The position numbers and the translations under genes were made by a program. The notes under the pieces were generated by a model, which was not told where the DNA came from, ran no database searches, and saw nothing but the letters and a program-made list of their open reading frames with translations. This document shows, piece after piece, positions 47,545 to 60,294 of a DNA stretch of 64,000 bases. Source of the DNA: Chiloscyllium plagiosum. Taxonomy: Eukaryota. The DNA is taken from contig NC_057753.1 in assembly GCF_004010195.1 (NCBI RefSeq), positions 8,805,484 through 8,869,483 of the forward strand, in the 5' to 3' direction. Numbering within the stretch: the first letter of the stretch is position 1; each line of letters starts with the position of its first letter.

Positions 47545-50500
47545 GTAAAAACAATGACTGCAGATGCTAGAAACCAGAGTCTAGATTAGAGTGGTGCTGG
47601 AAAAGCACAGCAGGTCAGGCAGCATCCGAGAAGCAGGAAAATCGACGCTTCGGGCAAAAGCCTTCATCAGGAGTAGAGGCAGGGTGCCTGCTGTGGAGAG
47701 ATAAATGAGAGAGGGGTGAGGGGTGGGGAGAAAGTAGCATAGACTGCAATAGTGAATGGGAGTGGGGATGGAGGTGATAGGTCAGAGAGGAGGGTGGGGG
47801 AAGGCAGCAAAGAGTACAATGGGTGAATGGAGGTGGGGATGAAGGTGATAGGTCAGAGAAGAGGATGGAGTGGATAGGTGGAAAGGAAGATAGGCAGGGA
47901 GGACAGGTCGTGAGGGCGGTGCTGAGCTGGAAGGCTGAAGCTGGGGTGAGGTGGGGGAAGGGTAAATGAGGAAACTGGTGACATCCACATTGATGCCCTG
48001 GGGTTGAAGTGTTCCGAAGGGGAAGATGATGCGTTCTTCCTCCAGGCGTCGGGTGGTGAGGGAGCGGCGGTGGACGAGGCCCAGGACCTGCATGCCCTTG
48101 GCAGAGTGGGAGGGATAGTTGAAATGTTGGGCCACGGGGCGGTGGCGTTGATCAGTGGGGGTGTCCCGAAGATGTTCCCTAAAGCGCTCTGCGAGGAGGC
48201 GTCCAGTCTCCCCAATGTAGACGAGACCGCATCGGGAGCAACGGACACAATAAATGATATTGGTAGATGTGCAGGTGAAACTTTGATGAATGTGGAAGGC
48301 TCCTTTGGGGCCTTTGATGGAGGTGAGGGAGGAGGTGTGGGCGCAGGTTTTGCAATTTCTGCGGTGGCTGTGGAAGGTGCCAGGAAGGGAGGATGGGTTG
48401 TACGGGGGCATGGCCTGACCAGGTAGTTACAGAGGGAACGGTCTTTGTAGAAATGGAAATGGGTGGGGAGGGAAATATATCCCTGGTGGTGGGGTCCATC
48501 TGGAGGTGGCGGAAATGTCATTGGATGATGTGGTTTATGCAAAGGTTGGTAGGGTGGAAGGTGAGCACCAGGGGGATCTGTCCTTGTTACGGTTGAAGGG
48601 GTGGGGTCTGAGGGCGGAGGTGCCAGATGTGGACGAGATCTGTTGGAGGGCATCTTTAACCACGTGGGAAGGGAAATTGCGGTCTCTAAAGAAAGAGGCT
48701 ATCTGGTGTGTTCTGTGGTGGAACTGGTCCTCCTGGGAGCAGATACGGCGAAGGTGGAGGAATTGGGAATACGGGATGGCATTTTTGCAGGAGGTAAGGT
48801 GGGAAGAGTTATAATCCAGGTAGCTGTGGGAGTCGATGGGTTTGTAAAAAGATGTCAGTGGCAAGTCAGTAATTATTAATGGAGATGGAGAGGTGCAGGA
48901 AGGTGAGGGAGGTGTCAGAGATGGTCCAGATAAATTTAAGGTCGGGATGGTATGTGTTGGTGAAGTTGATGAATTGTTTAAACTCCTCGCACAGACCTGG
49001 GCATTTTATAGCCATATCCGGCCATTTGGTCGTTCCTGTCTGGCCCGAATGAGGTCAATCTTAAATTAGAACATAAATGAAAAAGTATTTACGCCATACA
49101 CGCAATACAACTGTGTTGCTTTTGTTTTGTAAAGGATGCTTTTTTTATTTACGTATGGACGCACATTTGCGTGCGTGCGTGAACAGCTAAAAGTGATGCT
49201 TGCTGGCTCGCCCTCAAAATGTCAGCTCACGCCAAGACAGATTACGTGATATCCCACAAAATCGCCAGAAAGACTAAACCGTTTTCTGATAGAGAGTTTA
49301 TTAAGGAGTGCTTGTTGGACTCTGTAGAACTAATATTCCCAGAGAAAAAGGAGGCATTTGAGAACGTGCCCCTCTCTGTACGCACTGTAACGAGAAGGAT
49401 TAGAGACATCGCGAGAAATCTAGAGCTTCCCCTGCAGCACAGAGCGGTCAACTTTGACTTTTTTTCCTTGGCTTTGGATGAGAGCTGCGACATACGTGAC
49501 ACAGCCCAGCTACTCATCTTCGTACGTGGGATAACTATGGATTTTAAAATCACGGAGGAGCTGGCAGCCATGCAGTCAATGAAAGTAATAAAAACTGGTA
49601 ATGATTTGTTCACGGAGGTAAGTTCATGTTTGGACACGGGACTAAAATGGGACAGGTTGGCGGGTGTGATAACGAATGGTTGTACAAATCTAACGTCAGA
49701 AAATGTTGGACTCTTAAAGAGAATGCAGGATATATGTGACAGAAATTGCATTGTATTATACATCAGGAAGTGTTGTGTAAGTCAGTGTTAAAAATTAACC
49801 ATGTGTTTGATGGTGTAACTGAAATAGTTCATCAGGGCAAGAGCTTTGAATCACAAGCAGTTTGTTGCACTTTTGGAGGTAAATGAGACTGAACATCGTG
49901 ACATAGGCTACCACACAGCTGTCAGGTGGCTCAGCCTGGTCAAAATGCTGAAAAGTGTATGGGACCTGAGAGAAGAGGTTCAAAATTTCTGTGTGAAGAA
50001 AGGGAATGGCATTCCACAGCTTTCAAATGCAGACTGGATTGCAGACCTTGGTTTTGCTGTTGATGTGACTGCACTTACGAATGAACTAAATGTGAAACTG
50101 CAATGTAAGGGCCTTTTTGTGCATGAAATGTACAACTTTGTGAAGGCTTTTATGAGAAAGTTGCTGCTTCTCTCAAGCCAAATGGAGACAACATTCTGAC
50201 CCACTTGCGAACATTGTAGGAAGCCGCACCTTCAGCTGATCACCTCCACAGATACTGATCTATGTTAGAAGCACTGCATGGTGAATTCAATTCAAGACTT
50301 TAAAAAGGTTGAGAATGAAATACTCATGATTTTCCCCCCCATTTACGTGCAATGTGGAGAATTCACCTAATGATGTTCAGCTTGAACTCATTGACCTGCA
50401 ATCTGACACACTTCTGGCAGAGTACTTAGGTCAGTCTCACTGCTTGATTTTTACTCTTCCCTCAAAGAGGAGAACTTTCCCCACATGAGGAGGCATGCTC

Positions 50501-51250
50501 AGAAGATTCTAGTCATCTTTGGATCTATCTATATATGCGAACAGGCATTCGCAGTGATGAAGTTCATCAAATCCAAATACAGATCCTTATCACTGATGAT
50601 CACCTCTCAGGTGTCCTTCGCATATCCACCTCAGACATTCAAGCAGATTTCAGTGCACTTGTTCAATCCCAAAACAGACTGGAGTTTTCTCACTAAACAA
50701 GTAAAATGAACTGAAAAATATCAAAAGCACTTATTGCTTTTTGTATAGAGTTGTTTGTTGCTTGTAATACTGAACAATGATGTAACAACTTTTCATTATT
50801 GGTTTGTGAGATTAACACGTTAAAAAATAAAATGAAATACTAAATTATTTAGCTGTTTATTTCTTCTATATTTGAACTACTCCACAATTCCATACCTTTA
50901 TTGTAACAGAATATCCTTATTCTTTTGATTATAAGTTTCAGTGCAAAACGATATAATTTAGTACTTTTTACAATGGGAGAAAATTAATACTGAACAGAAT
51001 TATGTTCAACTCATTGTTGGTTCGGCCCTCCAACAAAACTCAGGTATCTCGCTGTGGCCCCATTGGAGGAATTAATTGCCCACCCCTGTTCTCGCGGGAG
51101 CACGAGGTAGCACTAAGCAATCATCACTGTCGCGGAGGAAGAGGTGGGGAGTGGTGCCTGTGCAACTACGGAAGATGGGCTGTTCTACCTGGCCAACAAA
51201 GAGATAAGCATAGCTGAGCCCATACGGGTGCCCATGGCTACCCCACAGGT
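47545..51250 (-). mobile_element. Penelope-like element (family 1), split by the hAT insertion
   Basis: FTCTSTNIIYCVRCSRCGLVYIGETGRLLAERFREHL; FYKPIDSHSYLDY; hammerhead remnant at 47641-47673; sequence resumes at 51089 with YAYLFVG (RT motif region). Confidence 0.92.
48992..51088 (+). mobile_element. hAT DNA transposon (GTF2IRD2/Charlie-Buster-like transposase), internally deleted and frameshifted
   Basis: KPFSDREFIKECL, FSLALDESCDIRDTAQLLIFVRG (first catalytic D), YHTAVRWLS, FGSIYICEQAF (dimerization domain). Termini cagacctgggca / tgcccacccctg; 8-bp TSD tcctcgca (48984-48991) / ttctcgcg (51089-51096). Confidence 0.93.
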
Positions 51251-53029
51251 TAGCAGCGAATTTAAAGTAAGAAACTGGTGGAATGTCTACGCAATTCTTT
51301 TGTTTGTAACACACTCTGTTAGAGCCCATGAAGGAACTGGCATTCCTGGATTTAGTGATGTGTAATGACGATTGAGAGCACAAGGTGAAGGAACTCCAAG
51401 AAGGCAGTAACCGTACTATAATAGAATTCACCCTACAATATGAGAGGGGGAAGATTGAATCCGATGTAACGGCATTACCATTGTGTAAAGGTAGCAAAGA
51501 CGTGGGCGGAGCTGGCCAGAATTGACTGCAAGGGGAGAGCTTAGCAGGGAAGACAGTGGAGAACCAATAGCAGGCGTTTCTGTGTCAGTTCAGTAGACAC
51601 TGCAGACAGTCATCCTAAGGAAGAAGAAATGTACCAAGGGGAAGATGAGGCAACCATAACTGACAGGGGAAGGCAAGCAGAGCACAAAGTCCAAAAAAAA
51701 AGCAGACAATGTGGTGAAGATAAGTGGAAACTGTAAGATTGGGAAGTCTTTAAAAGCCTGCAGAGGATAACTTCAAAAAATAAACAACAGTTGGAGGGGA
51801 AAAGATGAAATATGAGAGTAAGCTAGCTACTACTATGAAAGAAGACTGAAGATTTCCTTGGATGTCCACAAAATTGCAGAGAGGCAAGAGTGCACATTGG
51901 ACAACTGGAAAACGAGGCTGGAGAAGTAGTAATGGGAAACAAAGTAATGGTGTAGGATCTGAAAATGTATGTTCCATCAGTTTTCACAGTGGAAGACACC
52001 TGTAGCACACCAGCATAGGCAGGGAGGGTCACAGATGACTGCAAAAATGGCTAATGCAACACCCCAGTTTATGAAGGGAAGGAGGGGCAGGAAACTGTAT
52101 GCGGGGTAGCCTGACCTCAGTTGTTGGTCAGGTTTTAGACTCCCTAACTTAAGAATGAGATTGCAGAGTATTTGGATGTGCATGGCAAAACAGGACAGAG
52201 TCAATACGGCTCCGTCAAGGGGACGTCATGCCTGACAAATTTGTTCCATTTGTTGAGGCGGTAATGAACAATTTAGGCTAAGGAGAACCAGTGGACGTGA
52301 TCTATTTGGGTTTCCAGAGGCCTTTGTCAAGGTACTGCATAGCAGGCTGCTAAATAAGATGAGAGCATAGTGTTCGTGCCAAGGCAGAGAATTGGTTGCC
52401 TTGCCGAAGGCAGAGAGTCAGGATGAAGGGATCTTTTACAGAATGGCAGCTGGTGACTCGTGGACTTCTGCAGGGGTCAGTGTTGGGACCAAAACTATTC
52501 ACGTTATGCATTAACGATCCAGACAAAGGAACCGAGGACATTGTTGCCACGTTTGCAGATGACACAAAGGTGGGTGGAGGGACAGGTAGAGTTGAGGAAG
52601 TGGGGAGGGTGCAGAAGGATTTAGACAGGTTGTGAGAGTGGACAATGCAGTGGCGGATGGAATACAATTTGGGAGAAAGAATACAGGCGGAGATCATTTT
52701 CTGAACAGGGAAATGCTTCAGAAACCTGAAGGGCAGAGGGACTTTGGGAGTCTTGTTGAGGAAATCTCTTAAGGTAACATGATCGTTCAGTTGGCAATTC
52801 GGAAGACAAATACCATTTTAACATTGATTTCAAGTGGGCTAGAATACAAGAGCAGAGATATACTGTAGAGACTGTATCACCGCAGGTCAGACTGCATTTG
52901 CAATAGTGTGAGGCGTTGGAGAGAGCTCTGAGTAGGTTTACAAGAATGATCCCAGAATGAAGGGCTTTTCATAAAAATAGCAGTTGATGACTCTAGGTGT
53001 GTATTCGATGGAATTTAGAATGGTGTGGG

Positions 53030-56000
53030 AATATAGGAAGGATAAAAATGAATGCGGAGTAGTTTTTACATTAAGGAAATCATTGCTGCTGCAACTAGAG
53101 GAAATATCTGGGTTGAAATAAGAAAGGAATGATCACCTTGATGGGAATGCACTACAGCCTCCCGCTACCCCCCCCCCCCCCAATAGTCAGCGGGAAACTG
53201 AGGAACAAGTATGTAGAGTGCCTTCAGATGTATGTAAGAACAATTAGGTTGCAATTGTGGGTGGTTTTAATTTTTCAGACATTGACTAGGACAATAATTC
53301 TGTTAAAAGCTTAGATGGAGAAGCATTGTCAAATATGTTCAAGAACATTTCTGAATTAATATGCAAATGTTCCTACTAGAGAAGGAGCAAAACTTCACCT
53401 TCTCTTGGGTAATAAGTCAGGGCGAGTGCGGGAAGTGACAGTAGGGGAATACTTTGGGCCCAGTGATCCTAATTCTATCAGTTTAAAACATTCATGAAAA
53501 AGGATAAGCCTTCCATAAACTTTAAAGTTTTTAATTGGGAGTCAGGCAAATTTTAAGGGTGAGAGACAAGAGCTTCCAAAATCTAACTAGCATAGACTGT
53601 TGACAGGTGAACGGAATCAGATAAGTGAGAATCTTTCGAAAATGTGATAACAAGAAAGCAGAGCTATTGTAACATACTTTGGAGCATTAATTAGGCCATT
53701 CGGCCCATAACGTCTGCTCTGCCATTCAATAATGGCCAACAGGGATATCAACTCCATTCTCCTGTTTGATCTTCTTGACAATCAAGAACTTATCTATTTC
53801 TGTTCTAAATATATTCAATGATCTGGCCTCCACAGCCTTCTGTGGTAATGCACTCCACAGATTCATCACTCTCTGGCGGAAGAAGTTTCCCCGCCTCTCC
53901 GTTCTAAAGGGTCTTCCATTTACTCCAAGGATTTGCCCTTGGGTTCCAGTCTCTCCTGCCAATGAAAACATCTTCCCAACGGCCACTCTGTTCAGTAGTC
54001 TGTAAGTTTTAGTTAGGTTATCCCCCTTATCATTCAAGTATAGTTCCTGAGTTCTCAAATGTTCCTCATATGTTAAGCCTTTCATTCCTGGGATCATTCT
54101 TGTGAACCTCCTCGAGACCTGCTCCAGGGCCAGCACATCCTTCCTGAGGTATGGTGCCTACACCTGCTCACAATATTCTAAATGTGGTCTGACCAGAGCC
54201 TTATCGAGCCTTAGGGGTCCGTCCCTGCTTTTACATTCCAGTCCTCTCAAGATGAATAACAACGCTGTATCTGCCTTCCTAACCACCGAATCAAACTGCA
54301 AGTTTGCTTTGACAGATATATGGACTAGGATTTGCAAGTCCCTTAGCACTTCAGATTTCCAAATGAGGAGAAATTCAGAAAATAACCCATGCCTCTATTA
54401 TTCCTACCCAAGTGCATGACATGTTAGAATGAAAGTTAAGGTTCATATGATTAAAAAAAAAACTATGGATGAATAAGGATATTGAGGTGCTCAAGAAGGA
54501 TGAAAAGGAATCATATATTGGATACAGACAGCTGCGTTCAAATGGGTTTCTTGTAGGGGATTTCTTCAGAGGGAGATTAGGGACACAAACAGGGATTATG
54601 AGATAATCTAATCTGCGAAGGCTAAGGATACGCAAAAGAGATTCTACACATTCAAATAGAGCAACGAGAGAGAGAGTTGGGCACCTTAAAGATTAGGGAC
54701 GTTATCTTTGTGTTGAAACTCATTAGATGGGAGACATATTAAATGTATATTTCACATCAGCTTTTATTGTGGAGAAAGACATGCATGAAGCTGGACAGTT
54801 CCTCTTTGACCAAGTACCAAAGAAGCAAAAATTAGGTGCTGCTTCTGGTGGTTGGATTGACTTTCCACTCTGTGTGGCTTCGTGCTATACTTCGAGACTT
54901 TCTGTTCCCAGGACTGGAGAGTTTGAGTTTTGAGGAGAGACTGGATAGGCTGGGACTTCTTTCACTGGAGCGTGAAAGAGGGGTGAGGGGCGGCTTTATA
55001 CACGCTTATAAAATCATGGGGCATAAAGATAATGAGTAGCAATTGTCCTTTCCCCTGGCTAGGGGAGCCTAAAACCAATGTTTTTTTTTAAGGTGAGCGA
55101 AGGAAGATTTAAAAAGGGAACGAAGGGGCAACCTTTTCACACACCGAGTGATTAATATTTGGAATGAACTGCCAGAGGAAGTGGTAGATGGCTGTACGGT
55201 TAGAAGATTTAAAAGACATTTAGACAGGTACATAAATAGGAAATGTTCAGAAAGATATGGACCAAGCGCAAACAAGATGGACTAGTTCAGTTTGAGAAAC
55301 ATGGTCGGCATTGACAAGTTAGACAGAAGGATGCGACAGAACTCAGGGAAATAGATGTTGTCTTTTTCAAAACAGTTCGCATTGCAGGAGTATAAGTGCT
55401 GGAGTGCTTAGAAAATATAAAAGTTGGATAAATCTCAGGACTCAGACCTAGTGTATCCCAGGTAGACAAGCAGGAGGCTGGAAGAACAAAGCAAACCAGG
55501 CATCATCAGGAGGTGGATAAGTCTTCTGGATGCCGCCGGTTGGCTGTTTCCTTCCAGTCTCCTGCCTGTCTACCTTGGATTCCAGCATCTGCAGTATTTT
55601 ATGTGTCAACCTTGTGTATCCCTGGGCATTGTGGGAAGTTGGTGGAAATTGCGGGACTTCTTGCAGAAATATTTGTGTCATCTATAAATATGAGTGATAT
55701 GCTGAATAACTGGAGAGTGACTGATGTTGTGCCCTTGTTGAAGAAGGGATGTGGGGAGAAGTGTGGGAACTATAGACTCGAGAGTCCGACTTCGAAGGTG
55801 GACATGTTGTTGCATGAGATTCTGAAAGATGGTATTTGGAAAGGCAGGGCATGTATTTGGATCATCAGCATGGGTTTGTGCAAGGCAAATCGTGCCTCGC
55901 AAATTCGATTGTGTTTTTTGAGGAAGTAACCAAGTAGACTGATGTTCCCAGTACAGCAGACATTGTTTACTTGGATTTTAGTAAAGCCTTTGACAATATT

Positions 56001-57400
56001 CTGCATGGTAGACTGATGAGTAAAGTTAGATCACATGGGATTCAGGGTGAGCTTTCCAATTAGGTCCAAAATTCGTTTAACAACACAAGACGGGGTATGG
56101 TGGGAGAGGGTTCTGTTTCATACTGGATGCCTGGGACCAGGGGTGTTCCACAGGGATCGGTGCTGGGTCCAATTTTGAGAGTGAAAAAGGTTATCTTAGA
56201 CTATAAAGTGATACTGATCAATTGGGTCTATGGGCTGAGGAGAGGCAGTTGGAATTTATTTTTTAATTAAATGCAAGGCACTGCATTTTGGAAAACAATC
56301 GACATACGTAGGAATCGTACAAATCAAAGTACACTTTTGGACAGTGTGGTCGAACGGAGACACTGGGGGTTTCAGAGACCCAGTTCGTTGACGTTTGTGC
56401 CATATGTCGACAGGGTGGATAAGAAAGCTTTTAGTATGCTCAGACCAATGTGTTGGAGTTCGGACATTATGATGAGATTGTACAGGACCCTGGTAAGGTC
56501 CCTTCTGGAGTTCTGCGTCCAGTTCTGGTCGTCCTATTATATGAAGGATACTATTATGCTGGAGAGAGTTCAGAAGAAATTTACCAGGATGTTGATAAGA
56601 ATGGATGGATTGAGTTATAAGAATACGCTGGATAGGCTAGGACTTCTTTTACAGGAGCACAGAAGTTGACGTTTGACGTTATAGAGTTTTATAAAATCCT
56701 GAAGGTCAACTGAAAGCGTCCTTTCCTTAGGGTGGAGGATTTCAAGGCGAGGGGAAGTTTTAAGGTGAGAGGAGAAATAATTAAAACATATTTTAAAAAA
56801 GACATGAAGGGCAACATTTTGTAACTCAGAGTGCTTCATGTGTGGAATGGAGTTCCAGAAAAAGTCGTGAATGTGGGTTTAATTACATTTGGAGAAGTGC
56901 ATGAACAGGAAAGGTTTAGAGGGACATGGGCCAAATGCAGGCAGGTGGAACTATTTTCCATTCGGAACATGGGTCGGAATGGACTGTGTGGAGCGAGGAG
57001 TCTATTTCCATGCTGTCTGACTCGATGCCTCTATGTGAGTAAAATTTACAGGATACTGAGAGGTCTGGATAGGTTCAATGTGGACAAGATGTTTCAACGA
57101 TTATGAGATACTAGAACGCGAGGGCACTGCCTTAGAATGAAGGGATGACCCTTTTGAACTGAGGTGAGGAGGAATTTCTTCAGTGGGAGGCTGGTGATTC
57201 TGCGGAACTCATTGCTGGAGGCGGCTGTGGACTCCAAGTCAGTGTGAGTATTTATAACAGAGATAGAGAGATTCTTGATTGGGGAAGGGACTAATGGTAG
57301 AAGGTAGAAGAATGGGGCTGAAAACATGTCACTTACAATCAAATGGAGGAGAATACACGATGGACCAAATAACCTAATCCTGTTTCTATATCTTATGATC
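53030..57400 (+). mobile_element. Mosaic of CR1 fragments, including a minus-strand copy at 53690-54420 and 3' fragments at 54900-55330 and 57040-57400
   Basis: LEQVSRRFTRMIPG (minus); LSFEERLDRLGL; WRVTDVVPLLKKG; LYRTLVRSLLEFCVQFW. Confidence 0.82.
55460..55608. mobile_element. Palindromic Penelope-terminus-like mini-insertion (variant family) with TSD
   Basis: ggtagacaagcaggaggctggaag ... cttccagtctcctgcctgtctacc; ends ccagcatctgcagt; TSD acctagtgtatccc (55446-55459) / accttgtgtatccc (55609-55622). Confidence 0.75.
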
Positions 57401-57569
57401 TTTTGGTTATTATCCGTGACTTCAATCTGCACATAGATTGAGCAAGTCAAATCAATAATAGGAGACATTCTTGGAGTGCAGATGAGATTTGTTTTTTTTT
57501 TGGATGGATACATTAAGGACCCAAATGGAGGACAGGTCATCCTCGACTGTGTACACAGCGACCCCAAGG

Positions 57570-57790
57570 AGTGGGTTAGCTCAGTTCGATGGGCAGGTGG
57601 TTTGTGCAGTAGAATAGCACCAATGGCATATGCTCGATCCCTGTACTGGCTGAGGTCACCATGAAGGGCCCATATTCTTAACCTATCCTGTGGCATGGTG
57701 TCCTGAAGGTTAAAGTGCCATCAGTCAACTCTCTCTCGCTCTCCCCCTCTAGTGAGCGAAAAATTCTGGGGCTGCAGCAACTTTTATTTT
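57570..57790 (+). mobile_element. Probable tRNA-derived SINE
   Basis: ttagctcagtt A-box, gctcgatccc B-box-like motif, CT-rich segment, T-rich end. Confidence 0.45.
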
Positions 57791-57812
57791 AATTGTGTAA
57801 TGAGAAGGAATG

Positions 57813-57910
57813 CGCTGTTGAAGGGCTTATGCCCGAAATTTCAATTATCCTGCTCCGCGGATGCTGCCTGACCTGCTGTGCTTTTCCAGTGCCACACTCT
57901 CGATTTTGAC
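57813..57910 (+). mobile_element. Penelope pLTR/hammerhead fragment
   Basis: ctgttgaagggcttatgcccgaaatttc...ggatgctgcctgacctgctgtgcttttccag, homologous to 3412-3500. Confidence 0.75.
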
Positions 57911-59405
57911 TCTTCCTACCAAAGTGCATGACCTCACATTCCCAACATGAAACTGCATCTGTCAAGTTTTTTTTCCTGCTCACTCAACGGATCTATATCC
58001 GTTTGCAGGTTTCCACGTCCTCATCACAACATGCTCTCCTGCCCATTGTCAGTAAAACTCCTGCTATTTCTTCCTTTACAATGGTGTTTAGTTTTGTTTC
58101 CAAATGATAAGATCAGACATTGGAACAGATGTAAGCTATTTGGCCTAACAGGCCAGCTACACTTTTTAATAAGATCGTGACTGATTTGGTACGTCCTCAA
58201 CTCCACTTTTCTGCCTTATCCACCCGGCCCTTGATTCCCTAAGTGATGGAATATTGTTCTATCTCAGCGTTAAATATCCCCAGCCTTGACAGCCTTCTGT
58301 TATAAAGATTGGCTACCTTCGGAAATAGGGAACATCCTCCTCATCTGTTCCTTAAATGGGCAACACCTTCTTCTGAGATTAGACCCTCTGATCCGACATT
58401 GTCCCGGGTGTATATCAGAGTAGAAGAAACCCCTATAGTTAGGTATTGCTACAGAACAGTGGTAATCCATTTTGCTAGTTAAACCAAGCACCCAGAAAGG
58501 CTCACCTCGCCTTGTAATCTGTTAAAGTATGAGTGACAGAAAAGAAAAAAAAAAACCAATGTATTCTTAAACTCAAAAAGTGAACATTAAACAACATCTA
58601 TTTACAACTCTAAGCCTCCTTTCTCTAAACTGCTTGTTATCTGCCTCCAGATTTACAGCAATATATTGCATCAACTTACTTTCGAAACAAGGCAATGGAT
58701 GCCATTTATGATATCCTACATCTCTCAGCTGAAGATATCCCTGAGTTGTCTTCTAGCTTATAATGCAAAGGTGTTTCATTTGAAAAGGCACCTTTGATCA
58801 ACTGTGTTTTGAATTGAGGAATGTGTCTGGATGGGTTACACTTTGGACGGTGGGTGTGGACTTGTTTGGATGAATGGCGTGTTTCCACATTGTAGGAATT
58901 CTACGTGGCATTCCCCCAACTCCAGAGTCTCAGAACTCTTGGCTTTTCCCATGGATAGTGTGGGGGAGGGAAACAATGTTTTACACGGGAGGAAGGTTTG
59001 GTGAGTGTGAAACTAAAAGTAAACGCAGTGCATTACCTGAGCTGTTTTCCCCGGTATACCAGAGGCTGAGGGGTGATCTTACAGACGTTTAAAGAACCAT
59101 GAGAGGCATGGATAGGGGAAATAGACAAGGTCGTTTCCCTGGGATGGGAGAAGTTCAGAACAGGAGAGTAATATATTTGGGGTGAGGGAGGCAAGTGTAA
59201 GGAATGATCTGCCGGAGGAAGTGGTGGATGCAGGTCCAATTATAACATTTAAAAGGCACCTGGATGGGTATATGAATAGGAAGAGTTCAGAGGGATATGG
59301 GCCAAGTGCTGGTAAGTGAGACGAGATCAGTTTAGGCTATCTGGTCGGCAAGGATGAGTTGGACCGAAGGACCTGTTACTGTGCTGTGTATCTCTATGAC
59401 TCTGT
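57910..59405. mobile_element. Mosaic: CR1 (minus, 57910-58400), LTR-like fragment (about 58405-58830), HE1 tail, CR1 3' end (plus, 59060-59405)
   Basis: CR1 3' UTR motifs and ctctatgactct tail; LTR call by recognition only. Confidence 0.55.
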
Positions 59406-59929
59406 CTTGCCCGTAATGTTTGCCATGCCTGTATGTTCAATTTCTGTCTGGTGTCGGTGCCAATGCCTTGATATCTCATTTTCCCCATCTCCCCACTTCC
59501 ACCACCCCAGATGTTAACCGTTTCGTGTCGGGTGGTTTCTCAAGAAGCTGCATTGAAGGTTCATCCTGAATTGACACTTTTGTTTTTGCTTCCCAAAGTC
59601 AGACTTACTCACTCCAAATTTCGTGAAAGATACTAACTTTCAGGTGGAGGTATCCAAAATTCAGAGATGTCTATCTTGATGTTTTCACTTTTCGGTCTCT
59701 GTAAGATCCTGAATCAGTACCGTCGGGAGAATTAGTTTGAGCGGAGTGAGAATAGAGGGGTGAGAGGGGGTGGGATGGTGCTTTCAATTTTGTGGAAAAA
59801 GAAAAGAATGTTCTGCAGAAAGTAGAATTGCTTGTTTGGAATTTCTAACCTGGACTGACAGTGATGACTTTTGTAATCTCTTTTTACAGATTATTTGAAG
59901 ATCTGAAGACGGAAGTTTCAAAATCAATA

Positions 59930-60045
59930 GCTGAAGGGCTTTGCCTGAAACATTGACTCTGCTGCTCCTCGGATGCTGCCTAACCTGCTGTGCTTTTCCA
60001 GCATTGCACTTTGACTCTGACTCTCCAGCATTTACAGTCCTCGAT
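59930..60045 (+). mobile_element. Penelope pLTR fragment inserted upstream of the zinc-finger ORF
   Basis: ctgaagggctttgcctgaaacattgac...ggatgctgcctaacctgctgtgcttttccagc; degenerate direct repeats tttcaaaatcaat / tttcacgtcaat. Confidence 0.7.
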
Positions 60046-60294
60046 TTCACGTCAATGTCTGGCAGTCACTGAATCCATCGGCACGATAACAATTTTCGAC
60101 TATGATTCTGTGAGAAGGAGCCAAGCTTTTTGGTTCCTGTTTCAGTACGTTTTGAGCATCAGTGAGACTGGAAGAGAGACCCTACTGTTGCAGCGCACTG
60201 CGTGTGGTGCCATAAAAGGTTATACCGACTGGGAAGAGGAATTCACGGCAGAGAGGTGCTGTACACGCGTTTGTGTGCAGCTGAAGCTTCAGTC

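Larger units (their letters stand above)
45990..53030 (+). mobile_element. Old CR1 LINE (ORF1 esterase to RT) interrupted by a CR1 3' fragment (46590-47043), a Penelope element and a hAT
   Basis: ORF1 remnants (CCLSGA, gatgggcttcatctg); endonuclease start LRVLYLNTH near 47130; RT resumes at about 51255; GLLQGSVLGP...FADDTKVGG at 52396-52635. Confidence 0.8.

Noticed and set aside
49219..50709. Host GTF2IRD2/ZBED-type domesticated gene
   Set aside because: Flanked by TIRs and an 8-bp TSD, inserted in a Penelope element and frameshifted, so it is a transposon copy.
57094..57696. 200-aa minus-strand ORF
   Set aside because: Spans antisense CR1 and SINE fragments; no recognisable domain.
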